Assembly (NCBI GenBank): GCA_001643675.2
Contig: LSRY02000030.1
Span: 124,001-188,000 of the forward strand
Length of the DNA stretch: 64,000 nt
From: Monocercomonoides exilis PA203
Lineage: Eukaryota; Protista; Preaxostyla
Reading direction: 5' to 3'
Part shown: piece after piece, positions 1 through 12,700 of the stretch
How the letters are laid out: the number at the start of each line of letters is the position of its first letter
Numbering within the stretch: position 1 is the first letter of the stretch
Notes under the pieces: model-generated
The model's input: only the letters and a program-made list of their open reading frames with translations
Database searches by the model: none
Told to the model about the DNA's origin: nothing
Made by a program: the position numbers and the translations under genes

Positions 1-2
1 TT

Positions 3-605
3 TTATTCAAAATACACTCAATTTCATTGTATCGTCCTTCAACCTCATTCTATTTGATGAGAAAAACAAACAAAAATAAATCGAAGAAGAAGGTTAACAA
101 GAAGCAGATGACGTCACATGAGATGCAGAATATGCCTTCTTTGCTTTCTTCTTCTTCTTCTTCCTCTTCTTCTTTCCGTTCCTCTTCATCTTCATCTTTA
201 TCTCGTAGAAATGAGCCATATAAGCAATTTGCTACTTCCTCTTACACAGACCCCTCGCTTCTCTCTCTCCGTTCTTCTTCTTCTTCTTCTTCTTCTTCTT
301 CTTCCTTTTATCAGCAACAAATGTTATTATCTTCTAGATTCTCAAGCTCATTGCTTGGAAATACAAATACTTCATCATTGTCTTCTTCTTCTTCTTCTTC
401 TATTTATCCTTCTCATTCTTCTTCACATTTGATTTCTTCTTCTCATTCAATTTCTAATTCTCATCCAAATTCTGCTTATTTGAGCCCTTCTTCAGATGGA
501 TTGGACTATCTCTTGAATAAATGCGAGGTGACTTTCGTGTTCTCTTCTTGCCGGCAAGCAGACCTATTTGCCAATCTCATTGAAGCAACAAACTTCGTTT
601 ATTAA
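3..605 (+). CDS. 3' end of an upstream Ser-rich protein gene (5' part outside window), unknown function
   Basis: The frame of ORF 27..605 is open from position 3, so the TTG 'start' is probably internal. It has the same TCT-rich Ser runs as neighbouring genes, ends in a non-repetitive segment (DGLDYLLNKCEVTFVFSSCRQADLFANLIEATNFVY, TAA 603-605), and is followed by AT-rich intergenic DNA. Confidence 0.65.
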   Translation, partial: LFKIHSISLYRPSTSFYLMRKTNKNKSKKKVNKKQMTSHEMQNMPSLLSSSSSSSSSFRSSSSSSLSRRNEPYKQFATSSYTDPSLLSLRSSSSSSSSSSSFYQQQMLLSSRFSSSLLGNTNTSSLSSSSSSSIYPSHSSSHLISSSHSISNSHPNSAYLSPSSDGLDYLLNKCEVTFVFSSCRQADLFANLIEATNFVY

Positions 606-1024
606 ACACTCTTATAAAACTTTATTTAATTATATTTATAATAAAAATAATTTTTTTTGATAGTTTTTAATTTTCTGAAATGATTATTTCACTTTTTTTT
701 TTCCTGTGTAAAAATTTTGTTAGATTAGTTTATTAAAAAATTTGAAATTTTTATTGTTTAATGGAATATTGAGTTTATTTTTGGCTTATGAGCAATGAGT
801 CTGTATTGAAATGAGAAAGTTTATATGAATTTTCGATTTTTTTGAGTAGAAATGTTTTTATTCACTTAACATTTTTAACAATTATAAATCCATTGATTAT
901 GGTTTGATCACCATTTTCATTCTTACGTCAGGTTATAAAGCTTAATTGTTGAATTCATTTCAGCATACAATAATAACATAAAAATTAGTAGCAATAACGT
1001 TAAGATCAGAGTTTTTTATTGCTT

Positions 1025-4000
1025 ATGGCGTCGTTGCACTTTCGTTCAAAACTTTTTGTGCTGAGTCCTGATGGAAAATGGATTGATCAAGGAACAGGTT
1101 GGACGGATGTGGAAAACGAAAGCATTATTATGGATATGGAAAAAATTGAGCCTGATGGCAGTCAAAAACAATTTGTGTCTTTTATTTCTCAAAAACCTGA
1201 TGATTACCTAAAAGAAGGAGGTATTTTAATGCCATTCTTGTTTTTGTTTAAAATAGTCAATGTTTGATACTATTTGTGAAAATTTAGATACTCTTATTGT
1301 TTGGACGGATTTGCTTTCTGGAAATGAATTTGCTATAAGTTTTTTGGTTAAATCAAACAGAGAAACTCTTTGGTTTGCAAAGCTGAATCATTTTTGTTAT
1401 TAACACTTTTGTTAGGACTATTATTCGAGATATTCAACAAAAAAGAACTACATTTCTTCCTCCAATATCTCATGAAGGGCTTCTTCTCCTTCCAGGTGTT
1501 TTACGTCGTTATTCCCTTTCTCCAATTTTAAGAGCAGAATTCACCCAGCACATGCTACGTGATGTATGTCCTTTATGAGCATTTTTTTGTATCGTTTGAG
1601 TTTATTCTTTAAAAAATTTCTCAACAATTGCAGAATTATCTTATCAGATTTTTAAAATTCCATTCTTCTGTAACAGTTCCCGAAGACATAATATCCATGG
1701 TCACAAAAAATCTGAAAGAGTGCATTGATGACAACAAGACGGACAGCCGACGTATCCATATGGACGATATTCCCACTGATTCATTTCCTCCACTCCCTTA
1801 TCTGATCACCTCTGAAGCTGAATGGCTGAAAATAACACACCCATCTCCATTGCCTTCTTCGGCTTTTTCTTCTCCATTCCCTTCACTCCCTTCTCTCTCT
1901 GCAAGCTCTTCTGCTTCAGAACTTTCTCCTTCCACGTCGGCTTCCTTGTCATCTACTTCTCCATCCAACTTGTCTTCAACTTCATCTTCTGAATCTCATT
2001 TCCCTTCTTCGTCCTCTTCTTCTTCAATGTCTTCTGTAACAAACTTTGCCCCTTACCCCGGCTCCTCAGCTTCTTCCTCTGCCTCCTCTTCTCCTGTCGC
2101 TGCACCCCCTCCCCCTCTTCCTCTTCCCCCTCCTCCTTCAAAAGTTCTCAACCGCTTCCCTGTTTCCCCCTTTGCCTCGTTCCATCCCGCTGAGCTACTG
2201 TTCATCGTAGTCCGGACGCTTCTCATCTTCTCTGCGCAGTCTCCTCTTCTGTTTTATGCCTTTGTCTCGTCGCCGGCGGTGCTGTGGATGGCGATTGGGT
2301 GTGTGGAGTGCGACACCACCACAAAGAAGAGGAGAAGACTTAGACAGTGGCTGAGAAAGAACGCAAAATGGAAATTCGTATGAGAGGAATCTTTAAATAT
2401 TCTTTTTTAAAAAAATTTTCTAGAATTTGTTATTTATGCATTTTGTTTGCTTTTCTAAAAGTCTTTTTGTGATTTTTATTTTTTTCTATTTTTTTTTTCT
2501 AAATGTAAAATAAATTTATTTTCTCACTATAATTCTAATTCCCCCTTTGCTTTCACCATTTTGTTTTTTTTCATATTTAGCCATTGGAATTCTTCGGCCA
2601 GAACTTAAGAGCACATCTGTCACTTGAATGCTTCATCGACACGACAGCCAATAGTCCTCTGTTTGACAATGATCAGCCACAAAGTTCTTCTCTAATTCAG
2701 TCGTCATCTCTTCAAATTCCATTGAACTCTCAACAAACTTCTTGTTTGGCTTTACCCTCCGGAGAAATAATAACTCACGAACAATCACAGTATTCATCAT
2801 CATCATCTTCTTCTTCTTCATCTTCAACACCCTCCTCTTCTCAAACAGCTTTGTCTGTTTCATCGCCCAACAATTCCCCATCTTCTCTCAATTTTGTCCA
2901 AGCCGAGCTGAAAATCTGCTTCCAGCGCATTCACACGCTCTATCTGCTGTCCTTTCTGAGGGACGTGGCGCTTGTTAGAGACATAGACGAGAGTCTGTTT
3001 GTGCAGATCAATGAAGAAATGAGGAGGACAAGTGAAGCTGTGCTGTCGGATATGCTGTGTGAGAGGAGATGGGATGTTGGGGAGAAGATGGAGGGTGAGG
3101 GGGAAGGGAAGAGTTTGGAAGGAAGTGGAAGAGAAGGAAGAGAAGGAGGAGGAGTTGAGAGCGAGAGGAAGAGGATGATGAAGGAGAGTCAGCATATGGA
3201 GATTGATTATGTTGTTCCTTTTTCCATGCAACATGCGCACAGAGAAGAAAGATCACATTTCATTCCATCCAGTTCAAAAGAAATGAAGACAGAAAGAATG
3301 AGCATTGTAGCTAAGCTTATCAAAACTCTGACACTTGCTTTCAAGAATAAGAATCAAAAATCCACATTTTTAGCATCAAATACAAAAAATACGCAATTTT
3401 CAGAGGGAAAAAACAGGATTTTAACGCAATCACCGACAAAAGCTCTCATTCCACACATTGAAGAAAGCACAGTTGCTTCAAATGCAGATCAAAATCTACC
3501 AACTTTATTTGCAACTGGCTCAGCAAGTCAATCAGAATTGCTTAATAATTCAAATGTTTCGTTGATTTCATCTTCTTCTTCCCCTTCCCCTTCTTCTTCT
3601 TCTTCTTCTTCCTCTTCCACTTCTTCCTCTTCATTATCAACCCCTTCATTCCCTTCCATCCCACAACTTATGCAATTCCTCTATGAAATCCTCCAACTTG
3701 CCCGCTCTTGTGCCTCTCCTCCTCCTGTCTCTGCCACCTCTGCCAATCCAGCTGCTGAATCATTCACTCATCCTTCTTCTCCTTCTTTGGGATCAGAAAG
3801 CGGAGGAGGAGGAGGAGGAGGAAGTGGCAGTGGAAATGGTAGTAGCAATAGTAATAGTACTGTTCAATCACAGCTTTTAGAGTCACTTTTGGCGGAGACA
3901 GAGAAAGGGGGGATAATGGAGATGTTATCGCTTGCATTGTATGGATGGAGGAAAGATGGAGAAGAGGAGATGCTGGTGGAGATGGAGAAGGGAGAAGAAG

Positions 4001-6546
4001 ACGAAGAAGAAGACGAAGACGAAGAAGAAGAGAAAGAAGAAAGCGAAGGAAAAGGAAAAGGAGATGTTGATAATGACAATGATGATAACAGAAAAGGGAG
4101 TAAGACAGGGAAGATGGATGTGGAAGAAGAGAAAAACGAAAAAGAAGGAATGGATGATATGAATGGTGGAGAAGGAGAAGTAGAAGGAAGAGAAGGAAAC
4201 AAAGAAAAGAATCATGATGGAAGAATGGAAGTGGATGAACCAGAATCTGAAGCAGTAAAATTAGATAGTGCTGATAGTTCAGCAAGTATAGCAGATGTGA
4301 TGAAAGCATCACAAGAAATCAGTTTGCTTCAAATGAAGGAAAATGAAAAGGAGAAAGAAAAGGAGAAAGAGAAAGACAATGCAAAACAGAAAGAAGAAAA
4401 AGAAAAAGAAAAAGAAGAATACAAAAATAAACAAAAAATTGACAAAAGAATCCAAAAAGCCCAGTTGAATGGAAGGAGTGTGCGATTGGTGGCGATTGAC
4501 ATTCTGATGTCGCTGTTGGCCTTCAACTCCGCACGCTTCACTCAAAAGCTCCTTTCTTTTGCTCCTTCTTTCCTGCACTCCCACAGCTCTTCCTCTCATT
4601 CCCACCAACAGACACAGAATTGTAATTACAATAGTAATAGTAATAACAGCGGAGAAAGAGAAAGAGAAAGAGAGAGAAATTGCAATCAGTCGAATTCGAT
4701 TGTCAGTGCTTCATCTGGTTATAATATCCCTCCTTTTTCGTCATCGTCTTCTTCTTCCTCTTCTTCCTCTTCTTCTCCTTCCTTCCTCTCCAAACAATCC
4801 ACTCATCATTCTTCCTCCTTCTCCTCTTCTTCTTCTCACTCACCTGATCCCCACCTCCTCTACCAGCTGTCCCATCCTCGTCTCTTGCACTCTTTAATCT
4901 TCTCATACATTCTCGACCCTTCCCCCGCTGTAACCCAGCAAATCTTTGACACTTTCTTCATCATCATCTGCTCACCCACGTCTGCTGTGTACAGAGCATT
5001 CCAGGCAGAATCAGCATCTTTGCTGTCCCGTCAGAAGGAGTGTGAGAAAGAAAGAGAGAAAGAGCACAAACAAAGAATGAAGCAGAAGCAGAAGGAGGAG
5101 AAGGAGAAGGAGATGATGCTGAGGGAGGCTGATAGGAGGATGCTGCATGATGAATTTGGACGTTCTTCGACTTCTAATTTACAAGCTGTGTCTTCATTGG
5201 CCTCACCATCATCATCATCATCTTCTTCTTCTTCTTCCACTTCTTCTTCGTCTTCCTCTATGTTTTCTCAATATTCTCCTTATTCGCCTTTCTCTCAGTA
5301 CTCTTCTTCTTCTTCTTCTTCCTTTTCTTCATTTTCCACTTCCCCTTCCTCTTCTTCCTCTTCCTCCTCTTCTTACTCTTCCTCTTTTCCTTCTCCATTG
5401 GATGGCCCTTCAGCTGCTCACAATCCCTTCTTCTCTTCTTCTCTCTTCTTCCATTTGTGCACTGTGATTTTTGCTCCTCTTCTTTCTCTGCCTGATGCTG
5501 CTCATATTCCTATTGTTCTTCCTTCTTCTCTGGGAAAAAATGGAAAAGAAGGAGAAGAGGAGAAAGAAAAGAGGAAAGAAAATGGAAAAAAGAATACAAA
5601 ATTCAGCAAAAGAATAATAAAAAAGTCTGATTTGCATAACAAAAATACATCTTCAGATAAAGAAAACAGCAATATTTCCGTTCGAAGAGAGCGAAAAATC
5701 GTTTTGGAGCAGCATGGGAAGAGAAGGATTGTGAGTGAGTCGCCATCTGGAATGGAAGTGCAGAAAGAAGAAGAAGAAGAAGAAGGAAAAGAAAAAAGGA
5801 AGAAAGAAGAAGAAGAAGAAAATTCAATGAAGGAGAAAGAGAACAATGAAGATGATAACAAAGGTGATGGTAAAGATAAAGATAAAGATAAAGATAACAA
5901 TGATCATAATTGCAATGGAGATGACAATAGAGAAGACAACAAGAGTGATAAACTTGATTCTCCTCTTCCTCATCCTCTCACAATGACAAAAGAAATAGCA
6001 AGAGATAAAAAAGCATTTGCTTCATTTTTGCAGTCTTCAATCAGAAAACCAAAATTTTCTGCTAATCAAACAGAGAATAAAAAGCAAACAATGAAATTGG
6101 ATTCATCTGAAGGTGTTGATAATTCGCTATCAAATAAAAGTTTTAGTCAAAACTCAGTTTCAAATGCAATTTCGAATTTAATTTCAACTTCTTCTTCTTC
6201 TTCATCTTTGACCAATTCTTCAGCTTTAACATCAAATTCAACCGAATTAAATTCTAATCCAACAGAAACACACAATAATAGCAATAAGGAAACAAGTACG
6301 AATTCATCTCAGAATGAATTCAATCAGAATGATAATGACAGCATTAAAACAGACTTTGCACTCACTGCAGTCTCACAGCTTATATCATCTTATTCACATG
6401 CTGATACACATTTGCTTCGTCGTTCTTCTTCTTCTTCTAACAATTCTTCATCTTCTTCCTCATCTTCTTCTTCCTTTTCTTCTTCCCATTCCAGTTCTGG
6501 AAAACTTAACATTGCAACTCCTTCTCGATCTTCTACTCCTTCCTCT

Positions 6547-6596
<50 letters not shown>

Positions 6597-6729
6597 CTCC
6601 TCTTCTTCTTCATTAAACAATATGCCATTCAACATCTTATCCTGTCCTGACTGTATTTGTCTTCTGCGCAATCAATTTGGTTATTCACCATCATATTTAT
6701 CATCATCCTTTTCTTCTTCTTCTTCTTCT

Positions 6730-6761
<32 letters not shown>

Positions 6762-9700
6762 TTCTTCTTCTCAATCTCCAAAGTCTTTTAGACGTCATAT
6801 CCGCTCAGCAAGCATCTCAAACGATCCAATTGCTAATCTGCTTTTCAGTGTTGTAAGTTCATCATCATCATCTTCTTCTTCATCTTCCTCCTCCTCCTCC
6901 TCTTCTTCATCTTCATCTACACCTTCCCTTCCTTCTTCAACTTCTTCATCGTCTTCCTCCTCATCATCTTCTAATTCATTTGTCTCTCATCCTCATTCTC
7001 ACTCTCAAACACAATCAAGCCCCAATATATCTATAACTCGTCAATCTTCCTTTTCTTCATCATCTTCTTCCTCTTCTCCCTCCTTTTCGTCCTTTTCGTC
7101 CTCTTCCTCCTCTTTACCTTCCTCTCCTTCCTCTCCTTCCTCCTCCTCCTTTTCTTCTCCATCCATCCCCAATCCTTCTGTCACCTTTGTCTCTCTCATT
7201 GAGCTTGCCTGCCATCTGATGTCGATGCATTCATTCCTGTTTCTCTGCTTCATGTCTCGCACTCGCCTTCTCCGCCGCATTCTCTCTTTGTTTATCTACA
7301 GCGGCATTATAACTGCTGATCATTCGTTTTTGGATGTGGGGAATGAAGAAGATGATGATGGAGATGATAGTAAAGAAGATGGTAAAGAAGATGGGGAAGA
7401 AGAGGAGATGAAGAAGGAGAGGAATTTAAATGTACGTGTTTCTTCTGCTTCCTCTTCTATTATTTTGCCATTGTCATCTTCTTCGTCGTCGTCTTCTCCT
7501 TCTTATCCATTTCCTTCCTCTTCACAACAACTGGAAGCACCAATCCTCTTGCCACATAACCATCTTTCTCCCAGACATCACTCGAAAGAACACTCCAGCA
7601 GCAGAAATAGCAGAAGAAATAGCAAAGGAAGCAAAGGAAGAGAAAGAAGAGAAAGAAGAGAAAGAAGTCGTTATGAAAGACATCGTCATTATCACCACCA
7701 TCATTCCTCTTTCTCTTCATCTTTTGATCAAACGTCTTCCATTGGTGGGAAAGAACTGAACACAAACGCAGATTCATTATCATTGGCATATTCTAATTCA
7801 GATACAAATACAAAAAATGATAAGAACATTAACAGCAACAAAGATAACAACAATAATAATCCCCATATTCCTTCATACCCCTTTATCATCCCCCATCCTG
7901 ACCTCATCCCTTGCCTTGTTCCGTTGCTCCGTCTCTTCCGAGTGATGATTGCAAAGGGAAACATCGAAGAGCGTTTTCAGAGGAACAATTTGTCACAAAG
8001 TTACACTCCAAACTTGCTGTCCAGCTCAAAAAGAAGAGAAATTGCAATCGAAGGAGCAGTGTTTGATGAGGCAGCAGAGTGGGTGAATGACAAAGAAGAG
8101 GATGCGAAGAGGCAGAGGGAGAAGGAGAAGAAGGAAAGAGAAGAAAGAGAAAGAGAAAAGGAGAGAGAAAGGGAAGAGGAGGAGAGGAAGAAGAAAGAAG
8201 CAGAGGAGAAGATGAGGAAAGAAATGGCAGAGAGAAACAAAATGAGTCAATCTTCCATTTTCACCATTCATTCGCCTTCAAAATCGCTTCTCAGCTCAAG
8301 TGCAACAATGTCCCCTTCATTTTCCTCAGCTTCTGACCATCCTGTGTCTATTTATAACACATCTTCGTCATCCTCTTCAATTTCTTCATCCTCTTCCTCT
8401 TCTTCCTCTTCTTCTTCCTCCCCTGCTTCTTCCTCTGACACTGCCACATCCTCTCTTGCCTCTTTCTCCAGCATCACCAACTCCCCCAGCCATTCAAACT
8501 TGGCAGACGATTCTATTGTGAAACTGGCAGAAACCTTATCTTCTTCTCTCCCTGTTTCCCACCCTTCCTTCACCCCTTCCTTCAATCCTCTTGTTCCCCT
8601 CCTTATTTCCCTTGTCTCTCTGTGTCACAGAGACACACTTATTTGTTCTGCTTTGTTGTTGACTTTGGCTTCGTTTTCTGCTCAATCGAATGGAAGTCGT
8701 GTGCAGACGAGGATGCTGAAGTGGATGGTGATTCCTTTGGTGCTGGCAGAGAGGAAGAGGAGGATGGGGGTGCTGGAGAAGGAGATGAGGGAGAAGGAAG
8801 AGAAGGAAAGGGAGGAGAGAGAAAGAGAAAGAGAAAGAGAAAGAGAAAGAGAAAGAGAAAGAGAAAAGGAGGAGAAGGAGAAGGAAAGGGAATTGGAATT
8901 AGAGATGGAAAGAGAGAAAGGAAAAGAAAGTTTATTGATGATGGATGGAGAAAACGAAACAATCACCAACGACAATGAAAATGAAAATGAAAATGACAAT
9001 GACAATGAAAATAACAAAATTTCAATCAAAGACTCAAAAACACCAATCTTAGACCTCCACAGTGGAGGATATGAGATGACGAATGATGACATTTACCCTC
9101 CCAACCTGTTTCTGACAGACTCAGCCAATCAACATCATCTCCATCTCCACAGCCATCATCATAATTATGCAGACTCCAATGAATTCTTCTTGGAGCCGTC
9201 GCAAAGAGCGCCCAGTTTTGGGGTGATTGAGACGGTTTCTGTGAAGCCTATGTTTGGAGGAGGAGGAGAGGGAGAAGGAAGAGGAGACGGAAGAGGAAGA
9301 GGAGAGAGTGGGAAGCAGATGATGAGGCTGAAAGAAAGAGAACTGGAGACAGCTCCTATTAAACATAGACATAGCAATAGAAATTGGAATAGAGATAAAA
9401 ATGGAGAGAGAGAGAGAAAGAAAGAAATAATGAGAAATAAACATAGAAATAGTAAAAGTACAAGCAAAATGCATAGAAGCAAGCATGGAAATAAACATAG
9501 TCATAGAGAAAGAGACAAAGAAATAGAAAGAGGAAGGAAAATGGAGAAAAGCGGAGGAAATGAAGAAGATGGAGAAAAACAAGAAAAACAAGAAAGTCAA
9601 GAAAATCCAGAAAATAGAGAAAAAGAAGAAAGTATAAAGAGAAGAAGAGCAAAAAAAGAAAAACGCAACCGAAATAGAAGGCAGAAGCTGAAAAGATGGC

Positions 9701-12700
9701 TCATCAAAAGAAAAGCTCTGAAGTTGTCTTATTCCTCTGCACATGGAATATCTTCTTCTACTTTTTTGCCTCAAGTCTTGTCTCCTTCATCACCATCTGC
9801 CCAGACTTTTCGGTTCGGCTCTTCTTTTTCTCCTCCTCCTCTTTCTTCTTCTTTTTCTTCTCATTTGATTCCTTCTTCTTCCATTTCTTCCTCTTCCTCC
9901 TCTTCTTCTTCAACTTCTTCATTTATTTCAGATTTTTCTCATTCTAAACGCAACTTTCAGTCAAGTTCTCCTACCATTCCATTGACTTTATCTCTGCCAA
10001 AACCTCTCTACCAATCCAGAGCACAAACACAAAATGATCCCTTGATGATGAAGCAGAAATTGAAGCTTAAACTTCCATTCAAATTGAAAAGGAAGCTGAA
10101 ACTTAGAAGTCATCATCATCACCATCATCATCATAATCACAGTAACAATTATGATTTTAATAATCCTTCTCTTCTTCTTCAATCAGAACGACAAAACAAA
10201 CAAAACTCTATTCAAAATTCCAAACACAAACAAAAATCTCAAACAAAACCGAACAAAAACAAAAACAAAAACAAAAACAAGAACAAGAACAAATCCCCAA
10301 ACCCAACCACTTTTTCCTCTCTGAGCACAACAGAATTTCTTGTGAATGTGTTTTCGACTCTTCTTTCCTTCGACTTCACTCAACGTTTGCTCGATGCTAT
10401 TTTATCGACATTTGTGCAGATTGGCTTTGTGAAAGAAGAAGACTTGACTGTGACTGAAGAAGATGTGGTGAGAGAGAAGGAGAAGAGGATTGCGATGGAA
10501 AGAGCGAAGGAGATGGAGAAAGAGAGAGAGAGAATGAGAAAGAAGGAGGAGAAACTGAGAAGGCTGAAGAAGAAGATTAAGAGATATCTGCGAGGCAAAG
10601 CAGATGAAACAACATCAGCTTCTGCTTCAGCTTCTTCTTCTTCTCTTTCTTCTTCTGCCTCTTCTCTTTCTTCTCTTCCTTCTTCTTCTTCTTTCTCATT
10701 CGCTGGAATGGATTCAGATACTGAAAGACTTATGGATACAGAATTTGACTCAGAACTATCTTTTCTTGATTCAATTGAATGGACAACAACTTCTGAAGAC
10801 AAAACAGAAGGAAGTGGAAATGAAGAAGAAGAAGATGATGATGATGATGAATTTATCTCAACTTCTGCTTCTTGTTCTTCTTATACTTCTTCATTATCAA
10901 CATCTTTCTCTTCTTCCTTCTCTTCTTCTTTCTCTTCCACTCACATGATGTCTTCTTCATTGCGTTCTTCTGCTTCTTCGATGTCTTCTTCTTTTAGCGA
11001 TAGACTTCTTCATCCTTCTTCTGCTTCTTCTTCTGTTTCTGCTACTGGACGTATGAAAAGTGCAAATTCTTCTTCTTCCTCTTCTTCTTCCTCTTCTGCT
11101 GCTGCTTCTGCTTCTTCTTCATTGCTTCTTCGACAAAACATTACTTCCTCAATCACTTCTGGTTCTTCATCTTCATCTTCTCCAATGCCATCTATTTCTT
11201 CTCCATCTTTATCTTCTTCTTCCTCCTCTTCTTCCTCTTCCTCCTCTCCTTCCTCTTCCAACACCCCCTCTTCCCCTTATTCTCCTCTTCCCGTCTTTCG
11301 CATCTCAGAAATTATGCAAATTGAACCAAAGACACAAATGAATGAGCAACTTTATCAAACAATTCCTTCTTCATTAGATACATTGAATGAGCATAATAGA
11401 AGTGAAATTTCAAAGAAAGAAGCAGAAAAAACAGAAAAAGCAAGAGAAGAAGAAGAAATAAAAAAAACAAAAGAAAAACAAAAAGAAGGAGAAGGAGAAG
11501 GAGAAGGAGAAGAAGCAATGCATTCATCAAGCAACCCAGCAAAAATCATAGAACCATTCATCAATCCGTTCTCAATAACTGATTCTTCTTTCACTCTTCC
11601 TCCTTCTCCATCTCCTCCTCCTCCTCCTTCTTCTTCTTCTTCTACTACTACTACTACTTCTCCCTCTTCTCCTTTTTCTCCTTCTTCCTTACAAACAACA
11701 AACTCTCAAAAACCCTCTTCAAAGCCCAACAAACCAAAGAAAATGTATGCACATTCAGTTGACTTGCATTTATCCCCTTCGATTTCTCCTTCCCCTTCCC
11801 CTTCTTATTCTCCCTCTTCTACACCTTCCCCTCCTCCTTCTTCCACCTCTTCTCCTTTCAGCCAATCTTCTGACTCTTCTTCCTCTCTCTCGCCTTCCCC
11901 TTCTCCTTCTTCTATTTCTTCTACTTCTTCAAATTCTTCTGCAAAATCTTCTTCTTCTTCTTCTGTTTCTTCTTCCTCCAAAAGACGTAGAGGGCATAGA
12001 ATGTATAGAACTTCTCTTGTTCCTCATTCTCCTCTTTCTGGTTATCAATCTCCTTCTCTTTCTTCTTCTTCTCATTCATCACAATCAATAAACAATAAAA
12101 AAGAAAAGAAAGAAAGAAAAGGAGAAATTAGAGAAAATAGAGAAAATAGCGAAAAAGGAATAAAAGATTCACAAATACCACAAAATAAACAAAATACAGA
12201 AAACACACAAAACACACAAAATTCACAAATTCAACAAAGTAATGAAATATCTCCATCTTTGAATGGCATAACAAAAGGAGAATCACTATCTTTGTCTTCA
12301 ATTGTGGAGCAGATTGGCTATCAACCTCTTCCACCTATAAGCCCTCCTGCATTTGAGATGGAGAATGAAGAAAGAGAAGAAAGAGAAGAAAGAGAAGGAA
12401 GAGAAGGAAGAATGAGAAGAGAAAGAGAAGGAGGAGAAGGAAGAATGAGAAGAGAAGGAAAAAGAGAAGGAAGAAGAATAACAACACAGATGTTAGATTT
12501 GGCGATGGAGTATAGGAAAAATCATGAGAATGGGCAAACAATGGATGGAGAAGAAGAAGAAGAAGATGACGATGATGAATATTTGCATCATTCACGAAGC
12601 AACAAGAAGAAGAAGAGAGAGAGAGAAAGAGAAGGGGAGAGAGAGAAAGGAAGAGGAAGAGGAAAAGAGAACAAGAAACAAAGACATTCGCACAAATCAT

